Positions 21,602 through 31,883 of a stretch of 64,000 bases of DNA are shown here, one piece after another. Numbering within the stretch: position 1 is the stretch's first letter; each line of letters begins with the position of its first letter. The notes beneath the pieces are model-generated. The model was not told where the DNA came from. It was given only the letters and a program-made list of their open reading frames with translations, and searched no databases. The position numbers and the translations under genes were made by a program. The stretch is from Ilumatobacteraceae bacterium (GTDB lineage: Bacteria; Actinomycetota; Acidimicrobiia; Acidimicrobiales; Ilumatobacteraceae): NCBI GenBank assembly GCA_031390905.1, contig JANMTV010000051.1, positions 2,881 through 66,880 of the forward strand, in the 5' to 3' direction.

Positions 21602-22210
21602 ATGCAACGCCAGCTCACCGATCAGGGCCGCGAACGCAAACAACAACTTGTCGACGCGGCGATGGCGTTGTTCGCTGATCGCGGGTACAACGCCACCAGG
21701 ATCAGTGATATCTGCGCATCGGCCGGGGTCGCCAAGGGGTTGTTCTACTGGTACTTCCCGACCAAGTTGGATCTGTTCAGCGAACTCGTGCGCTCGATGC
21801 GGCAGCGACTTCGTCGTGCACAGGCCGAGGCAATGTCCGACGCCGATCCGATCACCAAGATCGGTCAAGGAGCAGCCGCCAGCGTGTTGTTCATGGCGGA
21901 CCACGCGACGTACTTCGCCCTCGTCGATCTCGAGCGTGCCGACCCAGCGATCGCCGAAACGTTACGTTCGAGCGGTCATGTGTACCTCGCTGACGTAACC
22001 GCACTCGTGCGCGACGCACAGGCAATCGGCCAGATCCCCGACGCCGACCCAACCTTGTTGGCGCTCGGAGTGCTCGGTTCCGTCTCGTCGTTCAGTAATG
22101 CGTGGAGGAGCGGTCGAATCGAGTTATCGGCCGACGAGTTGGCGGAGTTCGTCGCCGACTGGGTCGTGCGAGCGCTCGGTGCCAACCGAGCTAAGAAGAC
22201 GAGCCAATAG
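21602..22210 (+). CDS. TetR family regulator
   Basis: ISDICASAGVAKGLFYWYFPTKLDLF. Confidence 0.92.
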   Translation: MQRQLTDQGRERKQQLVDAAMALFADRGYNATRISDICASAGVAKGLFYWYFPTKLDLFSELVRSMRQRLRRAQAEAMSDADPITKIGQGAAASVLFMADHATYFALVDLERADPAIAETLRSSGHVYLADVTALVRDAQAIGQIPDADPTLLALGVLGSVSSFSNAWRSGRIELSADELAEFVADWVVRALGANRAKKTSQ

Positions 22211-22303
22211 GCGAGGCGACCAATCGTTACGGTGCGCTATTTCGCTGCGCAGCAGGCGAAATGAAACTCCAGCACGGAGAACCTTCCTGTCCGCTGGACC
22301 CCT
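22211..22303. repeat. Dispersed ~94-bp intergenic repeat, copy A
   Basis: Aligns with 25105-25199; contains TTCG-CTGCGCAG-CAGGCGAA dyad. Confidence 0.85.
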
Positions 22304-24053
22304 ACGTGAGCTCGTCGCCCAGTTCTGGGTGACGCGCCGTCAACATCGCAACGAAGGCGTCAACCACGGCTGGGTCGAACTGGCCACCGCGACCGGAGAC
22401 GACGAATCGCGCCGCTTCCTCGCGGGCCCATGCCCGTTTGTACGGCCGACGGCTACACAACGCGTCGAACACATCGGCGATTGACACGATCCGGCCGGAC
22501 AACGCAATCGAGCCGCGGCTGATCCCAAGCGGATAGCCGCTGCCATCCCACCACTCGTGGTGCGACTGGGCGATCTCGGCCGCCATTTGGAACAACGAGG
22601 CAGAGTTCCCTGCCAGAATCCGATGACCCATGCTGGTATGCGACTTCATCATCTCGTACTCCTCGACGGTCAACGGACCGGTCTTCTGGAGCACGGCGTC
22701 AGGGACCGCAACCTTGCCGATGTCATGCAGGCGAGCGGCAGTGCGGAGTTGCTCGCACCACTCAGGTGACTTTCCAAGTGCATGCGCGATTTCTGCGGCC
22801 ATGTCACCCACACGGTTTGTGTGTTCGCCGGTCTCGGCGTCTCGGAACTCGGTCAGGATCGCCAGTTGTTCGAAGGCTTCAAGGTGATACGCGGGCGTTG
22901 TAGGAACCAAGCTCTGCACCACCGCCCTGCCTCCAACCATCGCTTCCAGTTCCTGGGTCCGAAGTCGAAGGATCTCGGCCTGGTGGCGGGCATTCGCAGT
23001 TTCGTGGGCAACCTGCAGTGTTCGTAAGCGCAAATCAGCGGCATGCGTGAACATTTGTCGGTATTGCGCGTCGTGCTTCTCGCGCCGTTCCAGTGCCTGC
23101 TCGAATCGACCACGCCGCTTGAATGCGGTCGCCAGCAGATCGTTGATTTCCAACTCGTACTCGCGCGATTCGGTACGCTCCGACATGTCCAGCGCGGCTT
23201 GGAGCACACCGATCGCATCGTCGAGTGCACCACGCCGCAACGCGACGCGACCTTCTGCCACCATCACCCCGAGCTGCGCTGCGTGTGACGGTTCCGAACC
23301 TTCCTCGGAACGTTCCTGCAACACGCGCCTCGCCTCGGCGAAGCATTCTGCGGCCTTCACGTGATCGGCGAGGCCCATGTATGCCTCTGCGAGATCGGCG
23401 AGCAGATTGGTCACGATCGACGGTTCATGCCGACGAGCAATTTCGACCGCTCGGCGACCCATCGACACCGCCGGCAAGTACTCGGATCGCGACGAGCGAA
23501 TTCGGGCGATGTTGCCCATCACCAGCGCCACCAGATCGGGACGCCCATACGGCTCAGCGGCGGCTAGCGCCTGTTCGTACGTCACGATCGCCCGGTCGTT
23601 GTCGCCCATCGAATGATAAACGGCGGCGATCGTGTTGAGAATGTTGCCGGCGTCTACGCCGTGGCCTGTTGCCTGGTACAGATCAAGCGCCCGTAGGCAC
23701 CGTTCGAGCGATTCGGAGAAGTTCGACGCCTGATAGTGAACGACGCCGAGCAGATGCACCGCCCATGCTTCGACGAGTTGGGCGTTGCACTGGGCGGCGA
23801 TTTCACTGGCTTCCATCGCCAACCCGAAGGCGTCCTCAGGGTCACCGCTGGAATGGGCGAGGCTGGCAAGCCGGTAGAGCGATTCCGCTTCGCCGACGCG
23901 GTCGCCCTCAGCACGCGACACCACCCGCGCCTGGATCGCTAACTGACGAGCCGCCCCCGGGTTCTGATCTTGTTCGTCTGAGGCGCGCTGGAGCAGGTCC
24001 CGTACCGCCGGGGACGCGCTCGGATCAGTCGACGCAGGGGCATTCGGTTCCAC
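22302..24053 (-). CDS. TPR-repeat + HD-GYP phosphodiesterase
   Basis: TPR-like helices, then ETGEHTNRV, LHDIGKV, HHEWWDGSGYP, IADVFDAL. Confidence 0.9.
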   Translation of the reverse strand: MEPNAPASTDPSASPAVRDLLQRASDEQDQNPGAARQLAIQARVVSRAEGDRVGEAESLYRLASLAHSSGDPEDAFGLAMEASEIAAQCNAQLVEAWAVHLLGVVHYQASNFSESLERCLRALDLYQATGHGVDAGNILNTIAAVYHSMGDNDRAIVTYEQALAAAEPYGRPDLVALVMGNIARIRSSRSEYLPAVSMGRRAVEIARRHEPSIVTNLLADLAEAYMGLADHVKAAECFAEARRVLQERSEEGSEPSHAAQLGVMVAEGRVALRRGALDDAIGVLQAALDMSERTESREYELEINDLLATAFKRRGRFEQALERREKHDAQYRQMFTHAADLRLRTLQVAHETANARHQAEILRLRTQELEAMVGGRAVVQSLVPTTPAYHLEAFEQLAILTEFRDAETGEHTNRVGDMAAEIAHALGKSPEWCEQLRTAARLHDIGKVAVPDAVLQKTGPLTVEEYEMMKSHTSMGHRILAGNSASLFQMAAEIAQSHHEWWDGSGYPLGISRGSIALSGRIVSIADVFDALCSRRPYKRAWAREEAARFVVSGRGGQFDPAVVDAFVAMLTARHPELGDELT

Positions 24054-24169
24054 GCAGCTTGATCGGCACGTCGCGTAACGAACTTGAAGGGTTCTTAACG
24101 ACCGCTTGCCAGTCGAGGTCGGACGAAATCGATGGCCAGAACACCGTGATAATCCCTATCCTCGCTTGC

Positions 24170-25069
24170 ATGGCCCAGCCGATCGCGGGACGCAGCCGCC
24201 AGATCGAACGATCGGCGCTGACAGCGCTTGTGCCGGTCGCCGCCCTTGTGCCGTTCTGGCTGTTGGCAATGACTGTGGTCTGGTTTCCGCTCTGGCTGGT
24301 CGTCGGCGCGCCGTACTGGATTGTGCCAGTCGTGTGGATCGCATTGGGGAGTTTGCTGTTCGTTCCGTCGGTGCAAGTCGCCGTATTAAGTCCGTTCCTT
24401 GGGGCGCGCCGACCAACCGACGCCGAACTGGCGATCATCACTCCGATCTGGCGCGACCTTGCTGTGGCCGCAAACCTGCCGCAGTATCGATACACGATCC
24501 GGATGCTCGACTCAGACGAGCTGAACGCGTTCGCGTGCGGCGGCCACCTGGTGATCATGACGACGTTCGCGATCGACGAATTGTCGCCGAGCGAGCTGTC
24601 TGGTGTGCTCGCCCATGAACTCAGCCATCACATCGGACTCCACACCGTGGCGCTCACGCTGGGACACTGGATGTCACTCCCGGTGTTATTACTCGCCCGA
24701 TTCGGATTCTTCCTCCAGAACGTTGCGCGGGCGGCGACCGACTCGTTTGCGTCGCATTCCGCGGCGCTGACCGCTGTGGGTCGGGTCGTTGCTGCGGTGC
24801 TCACCGCCGTGTCGTGGGTGTTCCTTGCTGCCCTGTACGCGGCCGACGGATTGGGCAACATCGTCGGCCATAGTTCCGAATTCGAGGCCGATCGGCGGGC
24901 TGTGCGAATGGGTTACGGCCAGCCGCTCGCCGATGCGTTGCGCGCGGTGATTCGACTTGGTGGTGGTGCTCGCCCGATCGGATGGAAAGCACGGTTGACC
25001 AGTTCTCACCCGCCGGCCCGAACCAGGGTTGCAAGAATCGAGGCCATGCTCCGCCACCCCAGCGGCTGA
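24170..25069 (+). CDS. M48 family zinc metalloprotease (HtpX-like)
   Basis: LNAFACGG, GVLAHELSHH (HExxH), EFEADRRA, SHPPARTR; start reassigned. Confidence 0.88.
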   Translation: MAQPIAGRSRQIERSALTALVPVAALVPFWLLAMTVVWFPLWLVVGAPYWIVPVVWIALGSLLFVPSVQVAVLSPFLGARRPTDAELAIITPIWRDLAVAANLPQYRYTIRMLDSDELNAFACGGHLVIMTTFAIDELSPSELSGVLAHELSHHIGLHTVALTLGHWMSLPVLLLARFGFFLQNVARAATDSFASHSAALTAVGRVVAAVLTAVSWVFLAALYAADGLGNIVGHSSEFEADRRAVRMGYGQPLADALRAVIRLGGGARPIGWKARLTSSHPPARTRVARIEAMLRHPSG

Positions 25070-25104
25070 CTCCCACAACTCGCTCAACGGAGCCGAGCCG
25101 ACAC

Positions 25105-25199
25105 GCGAGGCGACCAGTCGTTACGTCGCCCCATTTCGACTGCGCAGCAGGCGAAATGAAAACTCCGGCACAGAACCCTCACCTATCCGCTAGACCCCT
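25105..25199. repeat. Dispersed ~94-bp intergenic repeat, copy B
   Basis: Same orientation as 22211-22303; shares GCGAGGCGACCA-TCGTTACG, CTGCGCAGCAGGCGAAATGAAA, CCGCT-GACCCCT. Confidence 0.85.
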
Positions 25200-25633
25200 C
25201 AACGGCGACTCAGCAACGCGATCAGGGTTCCGATGAAGGCGAGACCCAGAATCGCGCTGACAAGAACGGCAAACGCAACCGCAGCTGCACTTGATGATCG
25301 AACGATCAGCACAGTGCACATGAACCCGAGCAACACGACGACAACGGTCGAAATCACATACTCCAACCGGAACTCGACGGGTGTCCGCATGTTGTCGACA
25401 CGAATCGGCGGTGCGGGAACAGGCTCAGCAACGACCGGCTTTGATCGTTGCCGTCGGATGTCCGCAATCAGCCGGTCACATCCGGCGTTGACCTCGGCCA
25501 TCGCCCGTTCGAGTCGGCCTTGGTGCGCGTCGGGATGGAGCCTTTTGGCAATCCGGCGACGAGCCGCCCGCACTTGGCCAGTGGTCGGGTCGCCCGGTAG
25601 CTCAAGCAGTTGCAGCAACTCGCCGGTGTTCAT
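25199..25633 (-). CDS. J-domain (DnaJ-like) membrane protein
   Basis: VRAARRRIAKRLHPD (HPD motif), MAEVNA, two C-terminal hydrophobic helices. Confidence 0.75.
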   Translation of the reverse strand: MNTGELLQLLELPGDPTTGQVRAARRRIAKRLHPDAHQGRLERAMAEVNAGCDRLIADIRRQRSKPVVAEPVPAPPIRVDNMRTPVEFRLEYVISTVVVVLLGFMCTVLIVRSSSAAAVAFAVLVSAILGLAFIGTLIALLSRR

Positions 25634-25731
25634 TTCGTACCTCCTTCCGCACTCAACCACAACAACCTGCCGATGTCGAGGGCACGCCAACTTTCTGACG
25701 TCGGCGGCTGATCGCGCGTACGGTGTACGAG

Positions 25732-27177
25732 ATGCCGGTTTCCCGCGGTCGCTTTGATGCAGTCGTCGTTGGCGCCGGGCCGAACGGTCTGACCGCCGCC
25801 GCACGCCTCGCCCGTGCAGGTCAGCGGGTGATCGTCGTGGAAGCCGCCCCGACGATCGGCGGCGGCTCGCGTACGGGCCAACTCGGTGACGCCCGCGTCG
25901 ACTTCTGCGCAGCAGTCCATCCGTTCGGGGCTTCGTCACCGGCGTTCGAGGAGTTGGGACTCACGACCTACGGTCTGACGTGGAGTCATGCGCCGCTCGG
26001 GCTGGCACACCCGTTCGATGACGGCACGGCAGCCACCCTGTTGCGTTCAACACCGGAATCGCCCCACGCCACAGCCGAAATGCTGGGCGACGATGCTCGC
26101 CGGTGGCGGCAAGTGGTCGATCCGTTCACAACCGACTGGGATCGCTGGCGCCACTTGGCACTCGGGCCCGTGCTCGGCACCGTCGTCAGCAACCCGCTGG
26201 CGATGATCCGGTTTGGCATGTTGGCCGGCATGCCCGCCACCGCACTCGTGCGGTTGTTCGCTTCACGCGAGGCACGCGGCCTGCTGGCCGGGATGGCGGC
26301 CCACAGCGGCGCACCACTCGCCTCACCGACGACCGCAGGCGTCGCCATGGCGCTCGCCGCTGCCGGTCAGTCGGCAGGGATGCCAGTCGCGGCGGGTGGC
26401 AGCCAGGCCATCGTCGACGGATTGGCGGCGATCGTGGTCGAAGCCGGCGGCGAGATCGAGACAGGACGACGCGTTGGATCACTCGGCGAGATCCCACGCG
26501 CCGACGCAGTGCTGCTCGACGTCACGCCTCGCCACGCGGCGGCAATCGTCGGAGTTCCGGCGCGGCGATGGCGGCATGGCGTGGCGGCATGGAAACTCGA
26601 CCTCGTGATGGTCGGCCCGATGCCATGGACGTCGGCGGCATGCCACCTCGCAGGCACGGTCCATCTGGGAGGAGATTGGCGCGAGGTTGCAGAGTCAGAA
26701 CGGGCGACCGCACACGGCGGTCTACCGGAGCGACCATTCGTGATCATCACCCAACCAACGCTCGCCGATCCATCCCGCGCACCACTCGGCCAACACGTCG
26801 TGTGGGCCTACCGGCACGTCCCGAACGGATGCGACGATGATCGGGCGACGGCTGGTATCGAACGTCAACTCGACCGGTTCGCGCCCGAATGGCGCGACCT
26901 CGTAGTCCACCGTCGCGTCACGAGTCCCGGCGATTACGCCCGCTACAACGAGAACTACGTCGGCGGCGACATCGCCGGCGGAGCGATGACGGCATGGCAG
27001 ACCGTCGCCCGCCCGCGCCTCAAGCTCGACCCGTACCGAATGGGCGACGGTGTGTGGCTGTGTTCGCAGTCGACACCGCCTGGCCCTGGTGTCCACGGCA
27101 TGTGCGGCTGGCATGCCGCTGGCTCAGTCCTGTCAGCGCGGCGTCGAGGCAGTCGGTCGGCCCACGATGTCGGCTAG
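25732..27177 (+). CDS. FAD-dependent oxidoreductase, phytoene desaturase-like family
   Basis: [40 protein letters not shown]. Confidence 0.88.
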   Translation: MPVSRGRFDAVVVGAGPNGLTAAARLARAGQRVIVVEAAPTIGGGSRTGQLGDARVDFCAAVHPFGASSPAFEELGLTTYGLTWSHAPLGLAHPFDDGTAATLLRSTPESPHATAEMLGDDARRWRQVVDPFTTDWDRWRHLALGPVLGTVVSNPLAMIRFGMLAGMPATALVRLFASREARGLLAGMAAHSGAPLASPTTAGVAMALAAAGQSAGMPVAAGGSQAIVDGLAAIVVEAGGEIETGRRVGSLGEIPRADAVLLDVTPRHAAAIVGVPARRWRHGVAAWKLDLVMVGPMPWTSAACHLAGTVHLGGDWREVAESERATAHGGLPERPFVIITQPTLADPSRAPLGQHVVWAYRHVPNGCDDDRATAGIERQLDRFAPEWRDLVVHRRVTSPGDYARYNENYVGGDIAGGAMTAWQTVARPRLKLDPYRMGDGVWLCSQSTPPGPGVHGMCGWHAAGSVLSARRRGSRSAHDVG

Positions 27178-27621
27178 CGCGGCCTCAAGTAGGCCAACCA
27201 GGTCGGCGGGAGCGACAGCGATATCGAGGCCGCGTTTGCCTCCGCTCACGTAGATCTGGCCGAACAGGATCGCAGTCTCGTCGATCACTGTTGGCAGCCG
27301 TCTCTTTTGACCCAGCGGGCTGATCCCACCTCGCACGTACCCAGTGATTCGTTCGGCAACTGCCGGGTCGCACATCTCGACATGCTTTGCACCGAGTGCC
27401 TTGCCGACGGCCTTCAGCGAGAGCTTGCAACTCACCGGGACAACCGCGACCGCGTGTGAGCCGTCGACCGTCACCAGCAGGGTCTTGAAGACCTGATCGG
27501 GGTCGAGGCCAAGCTTGTCGGCTGCCTCTTTGCCGAAATCGTTGAGCGATTCACTGCGCTCATATTCGTGCGTGGTGAACGCTACGCCTGCCGCTTCGAG
27601 CGTCCGGATCGCCGGGGTCAT
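27133..27621 (-). CDS. ybaK: Cys-tRNA(Pro) deacylase
   Basis: [39 protein letters not shown]. Confidence 0.9.
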   Translation of the reverse strand: MTPAIRTLEAAGVAFTTHEYERSESLNDFGKEAADKLGLDPDQVFKTLLVTVDGSHAVAVVPVSCKLSLKAVGKALGAKHVEMCDPAVAERITGYVRGGISPLGQKRRLPTVIDETAILFGQIYVSGGKRGLDIAVAPADLVGLLEAALADIVGRPTASTPR

Positions 27622-27663
27622 CAACCACGAGTATGGCGGCTGGCCAGCCACTATGGTCGGATC

Positions 27664-28098
27664 GTGCGCATCTCGGTCGACCCGTCGACGAACCCCGCTG
27701 ACTACGAGTTCTCACATCAGATCCGTGTCCGTTTCGCCGAGACCGATGCGATGGGAATCGTCCACCACAGTCGGTACGTCCCGTACCTCGAGGAAGCCCG
27801 TGTTGCGTACCTCCGACACATCGATCATCCCTACACCTCGATTCAGGACGAAGGCATCGACATGGTTGTGTTGGAGGTGTTCATGCAGTATCGAGCGCCG
27901 CTCAAATTCGATGACGTCGTCGATGTTCATGTGACCGTCCACGCCGTCGAACGCGCCACGTTTCAGATGGCATATCTGCTCTCGGTCGACGCTGGTGTCC
28001 GCGCCGTCGGTGCCACCGCCCACGGCTGTATCACGATCACCGAAGGCCGTCCCACCCGAATCCCGACCTGGATGCGCGACCTCAGGCCAACATCGTGA
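27664..28098 (+). CDS. Acyl-CoA thioesterase (4HBT/YbgC hotdog family)
   Basis: [34 protein letters not shown]. Confidence 0.88.
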   Translation: MRISVDPSTNPADYEFSHQIRVRFAETDAMGIVHHSRYVPYLEEARVAYLRHIDHPYTSIQDEGIDMVVLEVFMQYRAPLKFDDVVDVHVTVHAVERATFQMAYLLSVDAGVRAVGATAHGCITITEGRPTRIPTWMRDLRPTS

Positions 28099-28107
28099 CC
28101 GGCCCTC

Positions 28108-29397
28108 TCAGGGTCGGTGCCGAACGACTACGCAGTCCTGGTGGCTTGTGAGGCTGAGGTTGAACGGGGCGATCTCGGCACGGATGTCGTCGACGCTGTC
28201 GCAGCGCCAGGTCGATCGCGCTGTGTGTTCTGCGACCACGTTCACACCGTCGAGAACCTTGTAGATCAGCGTCCACGCCATCGTGCGATCATCGACAGGC
28301 TCGCCCTGCTGCCAACCCTCATAGGTGTAGTGACCAACCTGGAGTTGTCGGTACCGCGTGAGTGGCACCGACACCGCCCGTTCCGGCGGAAGCACGCCAA
28401 TCACTGCAGGCGCACCGACCGGCATTTGCTCGGCAATGAACCGCCAGAGTCGCGACCGTTCCTGATCGTTGAGATGTCCGAACGCCGCAGAAGCAACGAG
28501 AGCGCACGCCCCAACAGGCAGCGGTGCATCGGCAAAAGATCGAGGCACGACGGTGGTCATGGCACGCAGCGAGTCGTCCATCGACAATCGAGCGTGCAGC
28601 GCTGTCCGCATAGCTTTCGACGGTTCGATGGCGATCACCTGGCCGCCCGTAACAGCCGCTTGCAAGTAGGCCAGACTGACACCGCTTCCCGTACCGACAT
28701 CGACAATCGGACCGTGGGCAGGGTCAGCATCGTCCAACAGGTCGAGCAGTAGAAGACCGAATGACTCCCACATACCGGTGGCCAGCAGATCGTAGAACTC
28801 AGCCGTGGCCTCGCCGTACGGGTCATCGGACGCAGGCGTTGCACGAGTATCGGAACGGCGTGGTTCACTTGCGGAAGCGTCGAACGGTGCCAAGAGGTGG
28901 ACCCAGCGGGTGTCCTTCTGACCGGGCTGACGGTCAAGTTGTAACGTCAGCGGTTGACCACGGCCGGCAAGTGTCGACAGGACGTCGCCGACATCATCGG
29001 TCGAATCGAATCGGTGTTGGCGCTCAGTCCGACCCTTCAGCTCACCGACGGTTTGCGGGCCGCGGAGCATCAACACCGAGAGCACCGCAGTCTCGGCAGC
29101 GTTGAGCGTGAGCGCTTCTGGGACAATGTGCCGGTACTTGGTCGCCCTGTTCGAAGTGCTGTGTACCGTGCGAGTCAGACCGCGTCCACGCAGCGATGAG
29201 AGAGCCGTCTCAATCTCAAAGTCTGCGTATGTCACGACTGGGTCGCGACTCGTCGATTGGTTGCAGGCATTCCGCAAACTGTTGACGGTGAGCGGATACG
29301 TCTCCGGAACGGTCGCCTCCTTTTCGATCAGGCAGCCGAGTACGCGCACCTCCTCGGGAGTGAGGTCACCGACCTGAGCTGACGTTGCACTGTCCAC
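28108..29397 (-). CDS. YceH/DUF480 domain fused to class I SAM-dependent methyltransferase
   Basis: N-term RVLGCLIEKEATVPETYPLTVNSLRNACNQSTSRDPV, LMLRGPQTVGELKGR; C-term VDVGTGSG, IAIEPS. Confidence 0.85.
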   Translation of the reverse strand: MDSATSAQVGDLTPEEVRVLGCLIEKEATVPETYPLTVNSLRNACNQSTSRDPVVTYADFEIETALSSLRGRGLTRTVHSTSNRATKYRHIVPEALTLNAAETAVLSVLMLRGPQTVGELKGRTERQHRFDSTDDVGDVLSTLAGRGQPLTLQLDRQPGQKDTRWVHLLAPFDASASEPRRSDTRATPASDDPYGEATAEFYDLLATGMWESFGLLLLDLLDDADPAHGPIVDVGTGSGVSLAYLQAAVTGGQVIAIEPSKAMRTALHARLSMDDSLRAMTTVVPRSFADAPLPVGACALVASAAFGHLNDQERSRLWRFIAEQMPVGAPAVIGVLPPERAVSVPLTRYRQLQVGHYTYEGWQQGEPVDDRTMAWTLIYKVLDGVNVVAEHTARSTWRCDSVDDIRAEIAPFNLSLTSHQDCVVVRHRP

Positions 29398-29495
29398 GCC
29401 GCGAGTGTTGCACCTCGGTTACACCATTCCGTCGACGCTCTTCGGGGTCACCGCACCATGCAAGTCCATGCATCCGGTGGGTAAGGTCGAGATTC

Positions 29496-30543
29496 GTGAA
29501 ATCCCCCAAGGACTTCTTCAAACCATTGGCAGTTGGCGCGCCCGAACCGCTCCGCGAGATTCCGTTTCGGCCGAGCAGGATGATCCATTTCTTCCCGTCA
29601 TCGAACGAGAAGATGATCGCCAAACTGCCTGAGCTGGTGCCCAGGGTCGACGTGCTGCTCGCCAATTTGGAAGATGGGGTTCCGGCCGCCGAAAAACAGG
29701 CGGCAAGGGTAGGGCTCGTGCGTGTCGCACAAACCGTCGAGTTTGGTGACACACAGTTCTGGACACGCGTCAACAGCCTCGATTCGCCATGGGGACTCGA
29801 CGATCTGACCGCCGCCGTGCTGGAGGCGGGCATATCTCGACGTCGTGATGATCCCAAAGGTCGAAGGCGCCGAAGACATTCACTACGTCGACCGGTTGCT
29901 GGCGCAGCTGGAAGCCAAGGCAGGTCTCCGCAGGCCGATCATGGTCCACGCCATCTTGGAGACGGCTCGAGGCGTCGCCAATCTCGAGCAAATCTGCGTC
30001 GCCTCGCCACGCATGCAGGGCCTATCGCTCGGACCAGCAGACCTCGCCGCCAACCGTCGGATGAAGACAACACGTGTAGGCGGCGGACACCCCGACTACA
30101 TCGTGCGCGCCGACCCGAATCCCGATGATGCCGCGGCGCCACGCAACACAGCACAACAGGACCTGTGGCACTACACCATCGCTCGCATGGTCGACGCCTG
30201 CGTCAGCGCAGGCATACTCCCGTTCTACGGGCCATTCGGCGACATCGCCGACACGACCGCGTGCGAAGACCAGTTCCGAAATGCCTACCTGCTCGGTTGC
30301 GTCGGCGCGTGGTCATTGCACCCGTCACAGATCGACATCGCCCGCCGAGTGTTCTCACCGCGGCCTTCTGAGGTCGCCCATGCCCAGCGAGTGATCGATG
30401 CGATGGGTGACGGAACCGGCGCCATCATGCTCGACGGCAAGATGGAAGATGACGCCTCGTGCAAGCAGTGCCAGGTCGTCGTCAACCTTGCTCGACAGTT
30501 GGCCGCCCGCGACCCCGAGCTCGCCGCCACCTACGGTTTCTGA
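29496..30543 (+). pseudogene. Malyl-CoA lyase-like (HpcH/CitE family) CoA-ester lyase with frameshift at ~29832
   Basis: SRMIHFFP, NLEDGVP, WTRVNSLDSPW in one frame; [32 protein letters not shown] in another. Could be a sequencing error. Confidence 0.75.
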
Positions 30544-30544
30544 C

Positions 30545-31417
30545 ATGGCTGATCACACACTCCGCCCACGCCGATCGGTGCTGTATATGCCGGCGGCCAA
30601 CCTGCGCGCCCTCGAGAAAGCCAAGACGATTCCTGCCGATGCTCTCATCTTCGACCTCGAGGATGCAGTGTCGCCAGACGCTAAGGAGACCGCACGCGCC
30701 AACGCGGTCGCTGCCGCGCGGTCGGGTGACTACGGCAATCGTGAGATCACGATCCGATGCAACGGACTCATGACGCCGTGGGGCACGGACGACCTTGTCG
30801 CGGCGGCCCGGTCTGGCGCCGCTGCAGTCGTGATCCCGAAGGTCAACTCGCATACATACCTCGAAGAGATCGACCGTCTGCTGACCGAATCCGGAGCCCC
30901 GCCCGAACTCTCGATCTGGGCGATGATCGAAACACCGACGGCGATTCTCGACATCAGGACGATCGCTCATCACGATCGGGTCAACGTGCTCGTGATGGGC
31001 AATAACGACCTCGCCAAGGAACTCCGAACAGGCGTGCTCCCTGAGCGCTCACCGATCGTTCCGCATCTCGCCTACGCACTACTGGGGGCGCGTGAAGCGG
31101 GCAAGGTAATTCTCGATGGTGTCTACAACGACGTCGGCGACGCCGAGGGTTTCCTTGCGGAGGCTCGACACGGCAAGGCGATGGGGTTCGACGGCAAAAC
31201 GCTCGTCCACCCGAGCCAGGTCGTTCCGGCCAACGAGGTGTGGGCGCCATCGGCCGACGAGGTCGACTTCGCCGAGCGTGTGATCGCCGCCTTCGACGAT
31301 GCGCGTGCGGCTGGCCAAGGTGTGATCATCGTCGATGGCCGGATGATCGAACATCTCCACGTAGAAAACGCACAGCGAATCCTCGCCGTATCCATGGCAA
31401 TCGCCGAACTCACCTGA
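30545..31417 (+). CDS. CitE-family CoA ester lyase / malyl-CoA thioesterase-like
   Basis: RRSVLYMPA, FDLEDAV, AMIETP, MGNNDL, DGVYND, GFDGKTLVHP. Confidence 0.88.
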   Translation: MADHTLRPRRSVLYMPAANLRALEKAKTIPADALIFDLEDAVSPDAKETARANAVAAARSGDYGNREITIRCNGLMTPWGTDDLVAAARSGAAAVVIPKVNSHTYLEEIDRLLTESGAPPELSIWAMIETPTAILDIRTIAHHDRVNVLVMGNNDLAKELRTGVLPERSPIVPHLAYALLGAREAGKVILDGVYNDVGDAEGFLAEARHGKAMGFDGKTLVHPSQVVPANEVWAPSADEVDFAERVIAAFDDARAAGQGVIIVDGRMIEHLHVENAQRILAVSMAIAELT

Positions 31418-31419
31418 CG

Positions 31420-31452
31420 TGTTATGCCTGGTGTCTGACACCATGTGTAACA
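31420..31452. repeat. GGTGTCTGACAC-core palindrome, copy 1
   Basis: TGTTA...TGGTGTC-T-GACACCA...TAACA. Confidence 0.85.
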
Positions 31453-31475
31453 ACCGCTGGCCTATCGTTTCGTGA

Positions 31476-31763
31476 ATGAACCAATCCGTGGTGGATTCCG
31501 AGCTGATCACTGACGAGGAACTCGCTGAGTTGGCGATGGCAGCTGACCCTGACGCCCCGATCGCTGACGATGCGGTGCCGTTCGCGTCGATGATCGACGA
31601 CCCATTTGCACTGCTCCCTTCGTGGTACATGCCTGCGCCCGGCCTGCGCCAGTCACGCGGCCGCGTGCTCGTTCTCGCTGGCGTCGTGTTGGCGCTGCTC
31701 GTGATCGGTGTGATGGGTGTGTGCGTGACGAACGGTGTGCCTGAGCCGGTTTGGTCGCCGTGA
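31476..31763 (+). CDS. Small hypothetical membrane protein (95 aa)
   Basis: Acidic N-terminus, LLPSWYMPAP, C-terminal transmembrane segment; lies between two palindromes. Confidence 0.65.
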   Translation: MNQSVVDSELITDEELAELAMAADPDAPIADDAVPFASMIDDPFALLPSWYMPAPGLRQSRGRVLVLAGVVLALLVIGVMGVCVTNGVPEPVWSP

Positions 31764-31800
31764 TTGTTACACGTGGTGTCTGACACGACCTGTAACAATC
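31762..31800. repeat. GGTGTCTGACAC-core palindrome, copy 2
   Basis: GATTGTTACA...GTGTC-T-GACAC...TGTAACAATC. Confidence 0.85.
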
Positions 31801-31883
31801 CGCCGCTGGCGAACGTTGGAGGTGAGTCGTGCGTCGCCGATCAACTACGTTGCCGCCCAGGAATCGATCAAGGAGGTAGCACC

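Noticed and set aside
27133-27177. 45-bp 3' overlap of the oxidoreductase and ybaK
   Set aside because: Short convergent overlaps are ordinary in compact GC-rich genomes.
29825-29840. Programmed ribosomal frameshift in the mcl-like gene (also vapC, cysK-like)
   Set aside because: No slippery heptamer or stimulatory structure; simple indels fit better.
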